From NCBI GenBank assembly GCA_964016885.1, contig OZ024749.1, positions 32,612,001-32,676,000 of the forward strand: a stretch of DNA of 64,000 nucleotides, in the 5' to 3' direction. This stretch comes from Eledone cirrhosa. Lineage: Eukaryota. The notes under the pieces were generated by a model. It saw only the letters and a list, made by a program, of their open reading frames with translations. It had not been told where the DNA came from and made no database searches. Made by a program: the position numbers and the translations under genes. The first letter of the stretch is position 1. Each line of letters begins with the position of its first letter. Positions 1 through 12,192 of this stretch are shown one piece after another.

Positions 1-1580
1 GTCGTTGGCTGGTACTATTGGTACAGTCGTTGGCTGGTACTATTGGTACAGTCGTGGTACTATTGGTACAGTCGTTGGCTGGTACTATTGGTACAGTCGT
101 TGGCTGGTACTATTGGTACAGTCGTTGGCTGGTACTATTGGTACAGTCGTTGGCTGGTACTAGTGGTACAGTCGTTGGCTGGTACTATTGGTACAGTCGT
201 TGGCTGGTACTATTGGTACAGTCGTTGGCTGGTACTATTGGTACAGTCGTTGGCTGGTACTATTGGTACAGTCGTGGTACTATTGGTACAGTCGTTGGCT
301 GGTACTATTGGTACAGTCGTTGGCTGGTACTATTGGTACAGTCGTTGGCTGGTACTATTGGTACAGTCGTTGGCTGGTACTATTGGTACAGTCGTTGGCT
401 GGTACTATTGGTACAGTCGTTGGCTGGTACTATTGGTACAGTCGTTGGCTGGTACTATTGGTACAGTCGTTGGCTGGTACTATTGGTACAGTCGTTGGCT
501 GGTACTATTGGTACAGTCGTTGGCTGGTACTATTGGTACAGTCGTGGTACTATTGGTACAGTCGTTGGCTGGTACTATTGGTACAGTCGTTGGCTGGTAC
601 TATTGGTACAGTCGTTGGCTGGTACTATTGGTACAGTCGTTGGCTGGTACTATTGGTACAGTCGTTGGCTGGTACTATTGGTACAGTCGTTGGCTGGTAC
701 TATTGGTACAGTCGTTGGCTGGTACTATTGGTACAGTCGTTGGCTGGTACTATTGGTACAGTCGTTGGCTGGTACTAGTGGTACAGTCGTTGGCTGGTAC
801 TATTGGTACAGTCGTTGGCTGGTACTATTGGTACAGTCGTTGGCTGGTACTATTGGTACAGTCGTTGGCTGGTACTATTGGTACAGTCGTGGTACTATTG
901 GTACAGTCGTTGGCTGGTACTATTGGTACAGTCGTTGGCTGGTACTATTGGTACAGTCGTTGGCTGGTACTATTGGTACAGTCGTTGGCTGGTACTAGTG
1001 GTACAGTCGTTGGCTGGTACTATTGGTACAGTCGTTGGCTGGTACTATTGGTACAGTCGTTGGCTGGTACTATTGGTACAGTCGTTGGCTGGTACTATTG
1101 GTACAGTCGTTGGCTGGTACTATTGGTACAGTCGTTGGCTGGTACTATTGGTACAGTCGTTGGCTGGTACTATTGGTACAGTCGTTGGCTGGTACTATTG
1201 GTACAGTCGTTGGCTGGTACTAGTGGTACAGTCGTTGGCTGGTACTATTGGTACAGTCGTTGGCTGGTACTATTGGTACAGTCGTTGGCTGGTACTATTG
1301 GTACAGTCGTTGGCTGGTACTATTGGTACAGTCGTTGGCTGGTACTATTGGTACAGTCGTTGGCTGGTACTATTGGTACAGTCGTTGGCTGGTACTATTG
1401 GTACAGTCGTTGGCTGGTACTAGTGGTACAGTCGTTGGCTGGTACTATTGGTACAGTCGTTGGCTGGTACTATTGGTACAGTCGTTGGCTGGTACTATTG
1501 GTACAGTCGTTGGCTGGTACTATTGGTACAGTCGTTGGCTGGTACTAGTGGTACAGTCGTTGGCTGGTACTATTGGTACA
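1..1580. repeat. 25-bp minisatellite (gtcgttggctggtactattggtaca)n
   Basis: Head-to-tail 25-bp units with recurring 20-bp deletion units and tatt>tagt variants. It runs off the left edge and explains the repetitive ORFs at 18-1729. Confidence 0.97.
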
Positions 1581-1620
1581 TGACACTCATCCATACACCA
1601 TCCTACATATATATACATAA

Positions 1621-1807
1621 GTGTTTCTACGTTAGGCACAAGGCCAGTAAATTACCCAGTGCATTACTGGTACTTTATTTTATCGACCCCGTAAGGATGA
1701 AAGGCAAAGTCAACCTCGGCGGGATTTGAACTCAGATCGTAAAGGGACGTAACTATGCTGGAAAGCATGGCGTCCGACCCTCTACCGATACTGCCAATCC
1801 ACCGCCA
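1621..1807 (-). mobile_element. tRNA-derived SINE, dominant family (young subfamily)
   Basis: Minus strand shows an A-box-like tggcagtatcggtag, a B-box gagttcaaatcc and the core ttgcctttcatccttacggggtcgataaaataaagtaccag. Near-identical to the copies at 16806 and 36598. Confidence 0.9.
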
Positions 1808-1917
1808 TATATACACATAATAGACACACATACACCACCCTACATATATATACATACATACATACATATGTATATATATATATTAACAAATGGAAACTAT
1901 ATTTATAAAACCATATT

Positions 1918-1983
1918 TATTTCATTATACATATTTCAAGGGCCACCAAGGCAGATTATGGTGCGCTTTCATCAGATAAAATA
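1918..1983 (-). ncRNA. Minimal type I hammerhead ribozyme motif
   Basis: Minus strand reads tattttat-CTGATGA-aagcgcacca...tggtggccctt-GAAA-tatgta-TA-atgaaata, giving an 8-bp stem I, a pairing stem II and a near-palindromic stem III. Confidence 0.7.
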
Positions 1984-2128
1984 TAATATAGATTAGTTTT
2001 ATAAATAAATATTGACATACCCTGAAAAATGCAACCTTCACGGTGGGAGACTATCCAGGAGACGCCAACCGTGAAGGTTGCATTTTTCAGGGTATGTCAA
2101 TATTTATTTATAAAACTAATCTATATTA

Positions 2129-2189
2129 TATTTTATCTGATGAAAACGCACCATAATCTGCCTTGGTGGCCCTTGAAATATGTATAATG
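2129..2189 (+). ncRNA. Hammerhead ribozyme motif with stem I disrupted by LINE insertion
   Basis: CTGATGA at 2137-2143, GAAA at 2175-2178, predicted cleavage after 2186. The 3' strand of stem I is cut after 3 nt by the insertion at 2190. Confidence 0.6.
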
Positions 2190-2751
2190 TTTTCTTTATT
2201 AACCACAAGGGTTCACATAAAGTAGACATTAAGGACAGTACAGGACAATACAGGACGGTACAAATGGGCATTTCTGCGTGTAAAAAAACAGAGGTTGAAA
2301 TAAAATAACAAAGAAAAATTCCCCAATAGGGGGGAGACTTCCAGGGGACATTTGTGGAGAAAGCCCATTAAAAGACCACAGTGGCCCTGACCACCAGGGC
2401 AAGTGCCCTCTCCCAGTTTTCCACCTTTAATTTACAGACACATACTCAGAGAAGGCCCATTCATTCGGGCCATACTTGCTTCTCCCACCCATCTTTCAAC
2501 AAAATGCTGGGAAGAGAGCACTTCCCTCTCTACCCTGACTTTCCTTTTCAAATGAAATTTGAAAAAGTTAATCAGGGCATCACCGAAGAGGTAAGTGCTC
2601 GTCTTCAGCCCTTTCAAACGTGTCCACCATACTATCTCTTTCGCCATGGCCACCAGACAGATAAAAACTGCCTGCCCTTCCAGGCTAAAGGAAGGGGGCG
2701 AGGCAATCCTCACGATGGACTCAGCTGATAGCTGGATAGGTGTTTCTACGT
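2190..2751 (-). mobile_element. Tx1/L1-clade LINE 3' fragment
   Basis: ORF 2432-2713 (LVAMAKEIVWWTRLK...FVERWV) resembles the L1/Tx1 ORF2 C-terminus. It has a 3'UTR with AATAAA and a short A tail, and TSD tatgtataatg (2179-2189 / 2761-2771). Homologous to 62850-63190. Confidence 0.8.
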
Positions 2752-2910
2752 TATGTATAATATGTATAATGAAATAAATATGGTTTTATAAATATAGTTT
2801 CCATTTGTTAATATATTGTATATGTACTCCAATTAATTTGTTAAGTGCTTTATATCAGTTATAAAAATATTTTGCATGTTGTATCCCAACGAATTAAATA
2901 TAACCTCTAC

Positions 2911-2993
2911 ATATATATATATATATATATATATTGTTATACTTGGGGAGGGTCATATTTGTGTAATATTGCCAGAATTAATAACAAAACACA

Positions 2994-3059
<66 letters not shown>

Positions 3060-3668
3060 ATAGACCAAGCTATACACCATCCTACATACATACATATTTA
3101 TATATACACACACACATACACCACCCTATATACACATATATACACCACCCTATATACACACGCCGCCCCACAATACAAAAGTACCCGGATGTCTTGGTCA
3201 GGTGAGACTTACTGTTATTTATTAGTTAGCCATGGAACAGGTAAACTGGTAGGTTGTGTGTGTGTGTGTGTGTGTGTACATCTATATGTATGTGTGTATG
3301 TGTATGTGTGTGTATGAGTTATGTGTGTTTACATATATATGTATGTGTGTACATATATATATGTATATATTTGGGTGTGTGTATGAGTATATGTGTGTGA
3401 ATGCACACACATATATACATACATACATATATATATGTATGAGTGTGTGTGTATGTGTGTGTGCATGCATACACACACATATATATATACATACATACAT
3501 ATATACATGTGTGTGTGTGTGTGCGCGTATACACACACACAGATATATACACTTACATGCATATGTGTATGTGTTTGGCTGTCTAGAGATACACACACAC
3601 ATACACACACGTATATCTATACACGCACACATACACATATATATTTATGTATGTGTGTGTGTGTATGT

Positions 3669-3707
<39 letters not shown>

Positions 3708-3815
3708 GCTGACTAGAGATAGATATGTGTGTGTGTGTGTGTTGAGAGAGAGCGAGAGTATGTGTGTGTGTGAGAGAGAAAGAGAGAGAGGGGGTGAGTG
3801 TGTGTGTGTGAGAGG

Positions 3816-3861
<46 letters not shown>

Positions 3862-3936
3862 CTGACTAGAGATATATATGTGTGTGTGTTTCGCTGACTA
3901 GAGATAGATATGTGTGTGTGTGTGTGTGTGAGGAAG

Positions 3937-3968
<32 letters not shown>

Positions 3969-4020
3969 AGTGTGTGTGTGTGTGTGAGAGGGAGAGAGAG
4001 AGAGTACGTGTGTGTATTAG
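2911..4020. repeat. Compound (TA)n/(TG)n/(GA)n microsatellite field
   Basis: Dinucleotide runs seen directly. Confidence 0.9.
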
Positions 4021-4147
4021 TACGTTTGGCTGACTAAAGATACAGGTTGGAATGCTGGAATTTGTTAATTAAATTCAAATGAAGAATTTAAACTGAAAGA
4101 ACTGTGAGATAGTTAATCCGGATAAAGATGTGTATCGGATTACTGAC

Positions 4148-4203
4148 CGAAAGATATTTCGGTTCCGTCAGCACTACTATGTAATGTCCAATGGCCAAAA
4201 CAC
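4148..4203 (-). CDS. Putative exon of unidentified minus-strand gene ((G)VLAIGHYIVVLTEPKYLS)
   Basis: catttag acceptor and TCG|gtcagt donor, 56 nt, phase 1->0. Joins in frame with 10373-10405. Confidence 0.35.
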
Positions 4204-4214
4204 CTAAATGTGCT

Positions 4215-4870
4215 TGGGTCAGTCCAATAAATAGCTATGATTGGGTCAATCCAGGTTGAGTCTCTCCAACAGCTAACTGTAGTTGGGTGAGTCCGATATC
4301 TAACTGTAGTTGGGTCAGTCCAATATCTAGCTATGTTTGGGCCAGTCTAATTGCAAGCTGTAGTTAGGTCAGTCCAACAGCTAGCTATGTTTGGGCCAGT
4401 CTAACTGCGAGCTGTAGTCGAGTCAGTCCACTATCTAGCTATGGTTAGGTCAGTCCAACAGCTAGCTATGTTTGGGCCAGTCTAACTGCGAGCTGTAGTT
4501 GGGTCAGTCCAACAGCTAGCTATGTTTGGGCCAGTCTAACTGCGAGCTGTAGTTGGGTCAGTCCACTATCTAGCTATGGTTAGGTCAGTCCAACAGCTAG
4601 CTATGTTTGGGCCAGTCTAACTGCGAGCTGTAGTTGGGTCAGTCCAACAGCTAGCTATGTTTGGGCCAGTCTAACTGCGAGCTGTAGTCGGGTCAGTCCA
4701 CTATCTAGCTATGGTTGGGTCAGTCCAACAGCTAGCTATGTTTGGGCCAGTCTAACTGCGAGCTGTAGTTGGGTCAGTCCACTATCTAGCTATGATTGGC
4801 TTAGTCCGACAACTAGCTATAGTTGGGTCAGTTCAACAGCTAACTGTAGTTGGGATAGTCCAATATCTAG
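4215..4870. repeat. Minisatellite of ~20-bp subunits with higher-order variants
   Basis: Recurring cagtccaacagctagctatgtttgggccagtctaactgcgagctgtagttgggt and variants. Confidence 0.9.
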
Positions 4871-5025
4871 AAGTGATAATGTCATAAAAACAATTGACCC
4901 TAGAAGGATTTAAACTTAGAACGTAAAAGGCCAGGATAAATACAGCAAAACATTATAATATTTGGTTCTGGTACAACTTATGTCTCCATATTACACATAC
5001 ACACGGCTGTGATGTATAGTAGAAA

Positions 5026-5220
5026 CAGACCTGCTATCCTCTAAAAACCCAAACAGGGACTACCATGAAAAAAGGGCCCCAGAACCGAGAGAAATGAGGC
5101 AAAATGGGGGAGATTTTACCTAATGAAAGTTATACCCATTTTCACAAGAGAAGACATCTCTCACTCACCCCCAAAGTGGGTGGGAGATCTCCCCGTCGGA
5201 CGGGGACTTTGACAGGTTTG
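5026..5220. mobile_element. MITE (hAT-like CAG termini)
   Basis: Termini cagacctg...caggtttg. A homologous copy at 57452-57730 has termini cagacttgccaac / gttgacaagtctg. Confidence 0.6.
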
Positions 5221-5557
5221 ACATACACACGGCTGTGGTATATAGTAGAAATACTTAACGAGGGTGCCATGTTGCAGGATAGAACTCGGAACATCATGAT
5301 TGGCAAGCTAATTTCTTAACCGCAGAGTTATGCTTGCACCCTACTCCACCCCATCTCCATACTCACCCCACGCCACCCCCACCACACACACACACACTCA
5401 CCATCCCATTGCACCCCCACTCAGCATCCCATTGCACACTCACCCTATAGAATGTAGTAATACCTAGATAGTTACGTAGCCAACTTTCTACATGAGCTGA
5501 TATTTATGTGATAACGAGATTTGGCTGAAATATTTTAGAATATTTTATATTCATGAT

Positions 5558-5608
<51 letters not shown>

Positions 5609-5864
5609 TTCTCTCCTGCTCTAATTACTGGTATCTATTGAACCTCCTTTCCTTTGCTGGTGTCAATCATTAGACTACAGCTATGATGTGTCATCATGTA
5701 GCACCGCCTTAAAGGGATTTAGTCGATAACATTGCTTTCAGTTCGTATATTGTTCAATTGGCATTAATTTCAAAAGCAGGTTATTTCCCTCATTGATTGA
5801 AACAACTGGAACACTCTACGTCGAAACCGACGAAGATCCATCAACAATATTTTCTCTACTACTA

Positions 5865-6328
5865 AGGTGGTGGATTGGCAGTATCGGTAGAGAGTCGGAC
5901 GCCTTGCTTTGCAGCAAAGAGTTACGGCCCTTTATGATCTGAGTTCAAATCCCGCCGAGGTTAAATTTGCCTTTCATCCTCACGGGGTCGATAAAATAAA
6001 GTACCAGTCACGCACTGGGGTCGATTTTATCGACTTTCCCCTCCCCCAAAATCACTGGCCTTGTGCCTATATAAGAAACCAATATTTTCTCTACTACTTC
6101 TATTGTCAGGGTGGTGGATTGGCAGTATCAGTAGAGCGTCGGAGAAGAATATGCTTTATGGTATAGGGTTACATCCCTGTACGATCTGAGTTCAAATCCC
6201 GCCGAGGTTAGCTTTGCCTTTCTTCCTTGCTGAGTTCATAAAATAAAGTACCAGTAATGTGCTGAGGTCTAATTAATCGACGTTCTCCTCCCTCAAAATG
6301 TTGGCCTTGAGCCAAAAATCAGAAACAA
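5865..6328 (+). mobile_element. Two tandem SINE copies (dominant family)
   Basis: ggtggtggattggcagtatc heads at ~5865 and ~6110, each with a B box and the core domain. Confidence 0.88.
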
Positions 6329-6601
6329 ATATTTTCTCTACTGCCAGTACGGAAATTATTTGTAGCTATCTATTCCTCGCCGCCCTGCCACCACACTTCC
6401 CCACTGTCCCAATGTAATTACTGGTATATCTATGTTGAAACCAATCGCCCTGAGCCTCAAATTGAAGCTATTAGGTCAATTAACAGGGTTTCTGGTAACA
6501 TACGAGATTCTCTTAAATTCCGACCTTTTGAAACAATCTATTACGTCACACATCTACCGAGCAGGATGTGTTTAGGGTGAGGATATGAGAACTATTGATG
6601 C

Positions 6602-6694
6602 ACTATATATATATGTGTGTGTGTGAGTGTGTATGTGTGTGTGTATATATATACCTATATATGTATATGTATGTATATATATATGTGTATATGG

Positions 6695-6776
<82 letters not shown>

Positions 6777-6871
6777 CCATATACACATATATATACATAC
6801 ATATATACATATATAGGTATATATATACACACACACACACATACACACTCACACACACACATATATATATA
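6602..6871. repeat. ~270-bp near-perfect palindrome of compound microsatellite
   Basis: Left arm (gtgtgagtgtgtatg...tacctatat...atggatgtgta) is mirrored as its reverse complement about the central (TA)n. Confidence 0.85.
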
Positions 6872-7215
6872 GAAATTACATGAATCAAAGTTCTGTTTAA
6901 ATCATTTATTTGGTTACAATTGTTTCTTCCAAACCGAGGTTTGGAGTCTTCGGAGCAATTATTCAGTGATTTTTTACATACTTGACCTCCTTTTCAACAC
7001 AAGAGACATATAGAAACATATGTATATATTGACCCACAGTGGGTTGGCATCCATTATAATATAATGTAAAACAACTGATGTTGTTACATTGAGCTATTTA
7101 TCTTACTGGTAATAAGATAGTAATAAATTACTGTCTTTCACTATTTAGGGTTTTAAATATATAGAACTATAAAAGGTTTTAGTATATACATAACCATAAA
7201 TAGTATCCTTAATAC
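6872..7215 (-). mobile_element. Penelope-like 3' end with degenerate hammerhead (6906-6962)
   Basis: Minus strand reads CCGAAGA-ctccaaacc-tc-ggtttggaa-GAAA-caattg-TA-accaaat, with palindromic ACAATTGT stem III and a GUA triplet. A short tail is followed by (TA)n. Confidence 0.55.
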
Positions 7216-7248
<33 letters not shown>

Positions 7249-7523
7249 GTATATATGTATATATATATACATATATATGTATATATGTATATATGTATGT
7301 ATATATATGTGTATATGGATGTGTATATATATATATATATATATCTGTGTGTGTGTGTGTATGTATATATGTATATATATACATATATATGTATATATGT
7401 ATCTATATATATGTGTATATGGATGTATATATATATATGTGTGTGTGTATATGTGTATATATATACCTATATATGTATATATGTTTATATATATGAATAT
7501 ATGGATGTGTGTATATATATATA

Positions 7524-7560
<37 letters not shown>

Positions 7561-7618
7561 ATATATGTATATATATACATATATATGTATATATGTATGT
7601 ATATATATGTGTATATGG

Positions 7619-7688
<70 letters not shown>

Positions 7689-7690
7689 GA

Positions 7691-7732
<42 letters not shown>

Positions 7733-7813
7733 ATGTGTATATATATATACATATATATGTATATATGTATGTTTATATATGTGTATATGGATGTGTGTAT
7801 ATATATATATGTA

Positions 7814-7846
<33 letters not shown>

Positions 7847-7847
7847 A

Positions 7848-7883
<36 letters not shown>

Positions 7884-8460
7884 TATATATGTGTATATGG
7901 ATGTGTATATATATATATATATATATATACACTTCTTATATATATTCACTTTCTTGGTGAGGAGGGTGACTTTGGACATCCTGCAGGACTAAAAACAAAA
8001 CCTGTCAAAGGGCAAAGGAGCTCTTAAGAGTCAATGGCCATCCAAAATCACCGGGAGAGATGACCCCTTAGCCTTTGTCAAGGCAGAATTCTAGGAGAAG
8101 GAAAACTCTGATATATCACCTGCAACCCTGATGGTATCCAATGATGTTGACTTGTTCTTCTTTTTGGTAAATATCATCTTGGTTAAGAGAGTGGGACTGG
8201 CTTTGTGCAGTGCCTTTGCTCACTATAAAAGCTTCACGGCACAGGCATTGCTTTATATCTGGAGATCTCTCTGCACTTGTCGTCACATGGTACCATGGGC
8301 CCAGCACTATGTGTCAATGATTGTCACAAGTGTAGTGTTTGTACCAGTTTTCAAGTCGCTGGCTGAGACTAAAAAGTCACACTCGTTCAGCGCATCGGTA
8401 GGGGTTCTCCTACATGGATATAAAGTAGTGGCCGTACTCGAAAACGAGTTGGCAGCCACC

Positions 8461-8498
<38 letters not shown>

Positions 8499-8730
8499 AT
8501 GTGTATATATATATACATATATATGTATATATGTATGTATATATATGTGTAAATGGATGTGTGTATATATATATGTGTGTGTGTGTATGTATGTATATAT
8601 GTATGTATATATGTATATATATTTGTATATGGATGTGTATATATATATATATGTGTATATATATATATATATGTGTGTGTGCGTGTGTATGTATGTATGT
8701 ATTTGTGTATGTATATATATATATGAGATA
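7216..8730. repeat. Tandem compound microsatellite units (…atggatgtgtatata…) interrupted by a unique insert at 7935-8460
   Basis: Same marker motif as in 6602-6871 recurs several times. The insert is possibly a retroelement UTR fragment. Confidence 0.75.
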
Positions 8731-8809
8731 TGTTTATGTATAATAAACATACGAAAGTGAGTCTCGCTATAAATATATTAAAAATCTGTGATCAAGTCAC
8801 GGCTATCTC

Positions 8810-9284
8810 CAACACCAACAACACCATTATCATCACCATCATCGCACCAATAACTCCAACAACATCAACACCACCACCAATGCCACCATCCCCACCACCA
8901 CCATCTCCACCAATACCACCATCACCACCACCACCACAGGCAACACCACCACCACCAACACCACCACCTCCACCATCACCACCACCACCACCGCCATCAC
9001 CACAGGCAACACCACCACCACCACCACCATCAACACCACCAACACCACCACCACCACCACCACCACCAATACCACCACCACCACCACCACCACCACCAAC
9101 ACCACCACCAACACCACCACCACCACCACCACCAACACCACCACCACCACCACCACCACCACCACCACCACCAACACCACCACCACCACCACCACCACCA
9201 CCTCCCCAACACCACCACCAACACCACCACCACCAACAACACCACCACCACCACCAACACCACCACCACCACCACCTCCCCAAC

Positions 9285-9316
<32 letters not shown>

Positions 9317-10372
9317 CAACAACAACACCACCACCACCACCACCAACAATACCACCACCACCACCTCCCCAACACCACCACCAACAATACCACCACCACC
9401 ACCTCCCCAACACCACCACCACCACCACCACCAATACCACCACCACCACCACCAATACCACCACCACCACCTCCCCACCACCACCACCACCACCACCACC
9501 TCCCCCAACACCACCACCACCACCACCACCACCACCACCACCACCACCACCACCACCACCACCACCAATACCCCCACCACCACCAACACCACCACCACCA
9601 CCACCACCACCTCCCCAACGCCTCCACCAACACCACCACCACCACCACCAATACCACCACCACCTCCCCAACACCACCACCACCACCAACACCACCACCA
9701 CCAACACCACCACCACCACCAACACCACCACCAACACCACCACCACCACCAACACCACCACCAACACCACCACCACCACCACCAATACCACCACCACCTC
9801 CCCAACACCACCACCACCACCAACACCACCACCACCAACACCACCACCACCACCAACACCACCACCAACACCACCACCACCACCAACACCACCACCAACA
9901 CCACCACCACCACCAATACCACCACCACCACCACCACCACCAACACCACCACCACCAACACCACCACCAACACCACCACCACCAACACCACCACCACCAA
10001 TACCACCACCACCAACACCACCACCACCAACACCACCACCACCACCACCACCACCACCACCAACACCACCACCAACACCACCAGCTCCCCAACACCACCA
10101 ACACCACCACCACCTCCCCAACACCACCACCTCCCCAACACCACCACCACCACCACCACCACCAACACCACCACCACCACCAACACCACCACCAACACCA
10201 CCACCAACACCACCACCACCAACACCACCACCACCACCACCACCACCACCACCACCAACACCACCACCAACACCACCACCAACACCACCACCAACACCAC
10301 CACCACCACCACCACCACCAACACCACCACCAACACCACCACCACCAACACCACCACCAACACCACCACCAC
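8810..10372. repeat. Degenerate (ACC)n/(AAC)n trinucleotide array
   Basis: About 1.56 kb of CCA/CAA triplets with frame slips. Confidence 0.95.
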
Positions 10373-10405
10373 CTGGTGCAACACGTTTTGCAGCTGTTTC
10401 TTTTC
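10373..10405 (-). CDS. Putative 33-nt exon ((G)KETAAKRVAP)
   Basis: tattattag acceptor and CAG|gtggtg donor, phase 1->1. A unique island between repeats. Confidence 0.35.
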
Positions 10406-10534
10406 CTAATAATATCTCTTATAGATAGATAGAGGCCATGGGTTTAGAGTAATGCGAATGGCGGATTTATACTTTGTTGCCCCTAGTTTCTCTCTCCCCT
10501 TCTCTCTCTCTCTCTCCTTTCCTTCTTCTTCTTA

Positions 10535-10567
<33 letters not shown>

Positions 10568-10685
10568 TCCTTCTTCTTCTTCTTCTTCTTCTTCTTCTTC
10601 TTCTTCTTCTTCTTCTTCTTCTTCTCTCTCTCTCTCTCTCTCCGTCTCCCCCCCCCTCTCTCTCTCTCTATATATATATATACAC

Positions 10686-10745
<60 letters not shown>

Positions 10746-10803
10746 TCATATTGATACATGCAGAAATATACGTGTTGATACATCTATACAAACACACACA
10801 CAC

Positions 10804-10944
<141 letters not shown>

Positions 10945-10993
10945 TGTGTGTGTGTGGAGAGAGAGAGAGAGAGAGAGAGAGAGGGGAGATGGG

Positions 10994-11024
<31 letters not shown>

Positions 11025-11129
11025 GGGGCATGAGAGAGAGTGAGAGAAGGAGAGTAAGAGAAAGATCAGGTCTGGTAGGGAAGTAAAAATGATATATAGA
11101 GGAAGAATCGATCACTTTTTTTTTTTTAC

Positions 11130-11241
11130 CATAGATCTCGAATGCACGAAAGGTAAAAAGGAGCCGACCGTTGGATCGGTTCAAAGAAACTCTATTTCCA
11201 TCGGTTTTTTTATTACTGATAACATCTACCGATTGCAACAC
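11130..11241 (-). CDS. Putative 112-nt exon ([37 protein letters not shown])
   Basis: cttctgttag acceptor and ATG|gtaaaa donor. Only one frame is open; phase 0->1. Confidence 0.4.
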
Positions 11242-11259
11242 CTAACAGAAGTAGGAGGT

Positions 11260-12192
11260 ACTTGAATTTAGAAGGCAGTAGGTTGAATTACATGTAAGAA
11301 TTGTAGGAGTTGGTGCAGTAATTCGCCTGCTTTAGCACTCGGTCATCAGAAAAATAGAAGTTAGTGTAAAAGGGAAATTAGCCATCTTCAATTCAGTATT
11401 CGAACCAACCATTACTACATATGATCATGAATATTAGGTAATGACCAAAAGAATATGATTTCTCGTATATGCACAAGGCCAGGAATTTAGGGGGACGGGA
11501 AAGTTGATCAAATCGATCCCCCAGGTCGTTACTGGTACTTTATTTTATCGACCCCGTAAGGATGAAAGACAAAGTTAACCTCGACGGGATTTGAACTTAG
11601 AACTTAATGCTGCAAAACATGGTGTCTGACGCTTTACCGATACTGTTATTCCACCGCTCCTCAATGACCGAAAGAATATGATCGTGAATACAAGCGGTCG
11701 AAATGGGATTCCTCCGAAGAGTCTTTGGAGTAGCGTTAGTTACTCGATAGGGTGCGTAACTAAAACACAGATGGAGCTACTATTTCTCCGCATCGAAAGA
11801 TCACAGCTCAGATATTATTACGAGCATGTGGTTAGAATGTCTCAAGAAAGAATCACTGGACAAATTTTACGGGCAAAAATCAACCGACATGAGAACTAGA
11901 TGTTGAAGGTTGAACCCGAGCAAGATGGTTCAACAACATCAATGAACTCAGTTGATCTCGCTTTGGAGATCCAGCCAGATCAGTAAGTGGCGGTTGCTTC
12001 TGATAAACACCCGCTGGATGGCGTGTTTGAGAACTCTAACCCCCCACCGTCACCACTCTATCCTCTCAGGAATAAGAAGGCAGCGAAGAAGAAGAAGAAG
12101 AAGAAGAAGAAGAAGAAGAAGAAGAAGAAGAAGAAGAAGAAGAAGAAGAAGAAGAAGAAGAAGAAGAAGAAGAAGAAGAAGAAGAAGAAGAA
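11260..12192 (+). mobile_element. Degenerate RTE-clade LINE 3' fragment with (GAA)n tail, split by a SINE
   Basis: LRIERSQLRYYYEHVVRMSQER motif, tail at 12087-12192. A minus-strand SINE at ~11460-11663 is flanked by TSD atgacc(a/g)aaagaatatgat. Confidence 0.75.

Larger units (their letters stand above)
1879..2910. mobile_element. Fold-back Penelope-like (pLTR-type) element in (TA)n, interrupted by a Tx1/L1 fragment
   Basis: Arm 1879-2044 is the reverse complement of 2068-2189 plus 2772-2814, followed by an unpaired tail to 2910. Hammerhead core on both strands; homologous to 22793-23255. Confidence 0.75.

Noticed and set aside
1-1580. CRISPR-like array, telomeric repeat or repeat protein
   Set aside because: Contiguous 25-bp units with no spacers, not TTAGGG-type, and all three frames give the same rotating peptide.
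5865-6080. tRNA genes at SINE heads (all copies)
   Set aside because: A and B boxes are present, but there is no complete cloverleaf and each runs into the SINE body.
8730-10409. 559-aa Pro/His/Thr-rich ORF (extensin/mucin-like) and antisense Gly/Val ORFs
   Set aside because: An (ACC)n array cannot contain stops; the frame slips between poly-P, poly-H and poly-T with no third-position degeneracy.
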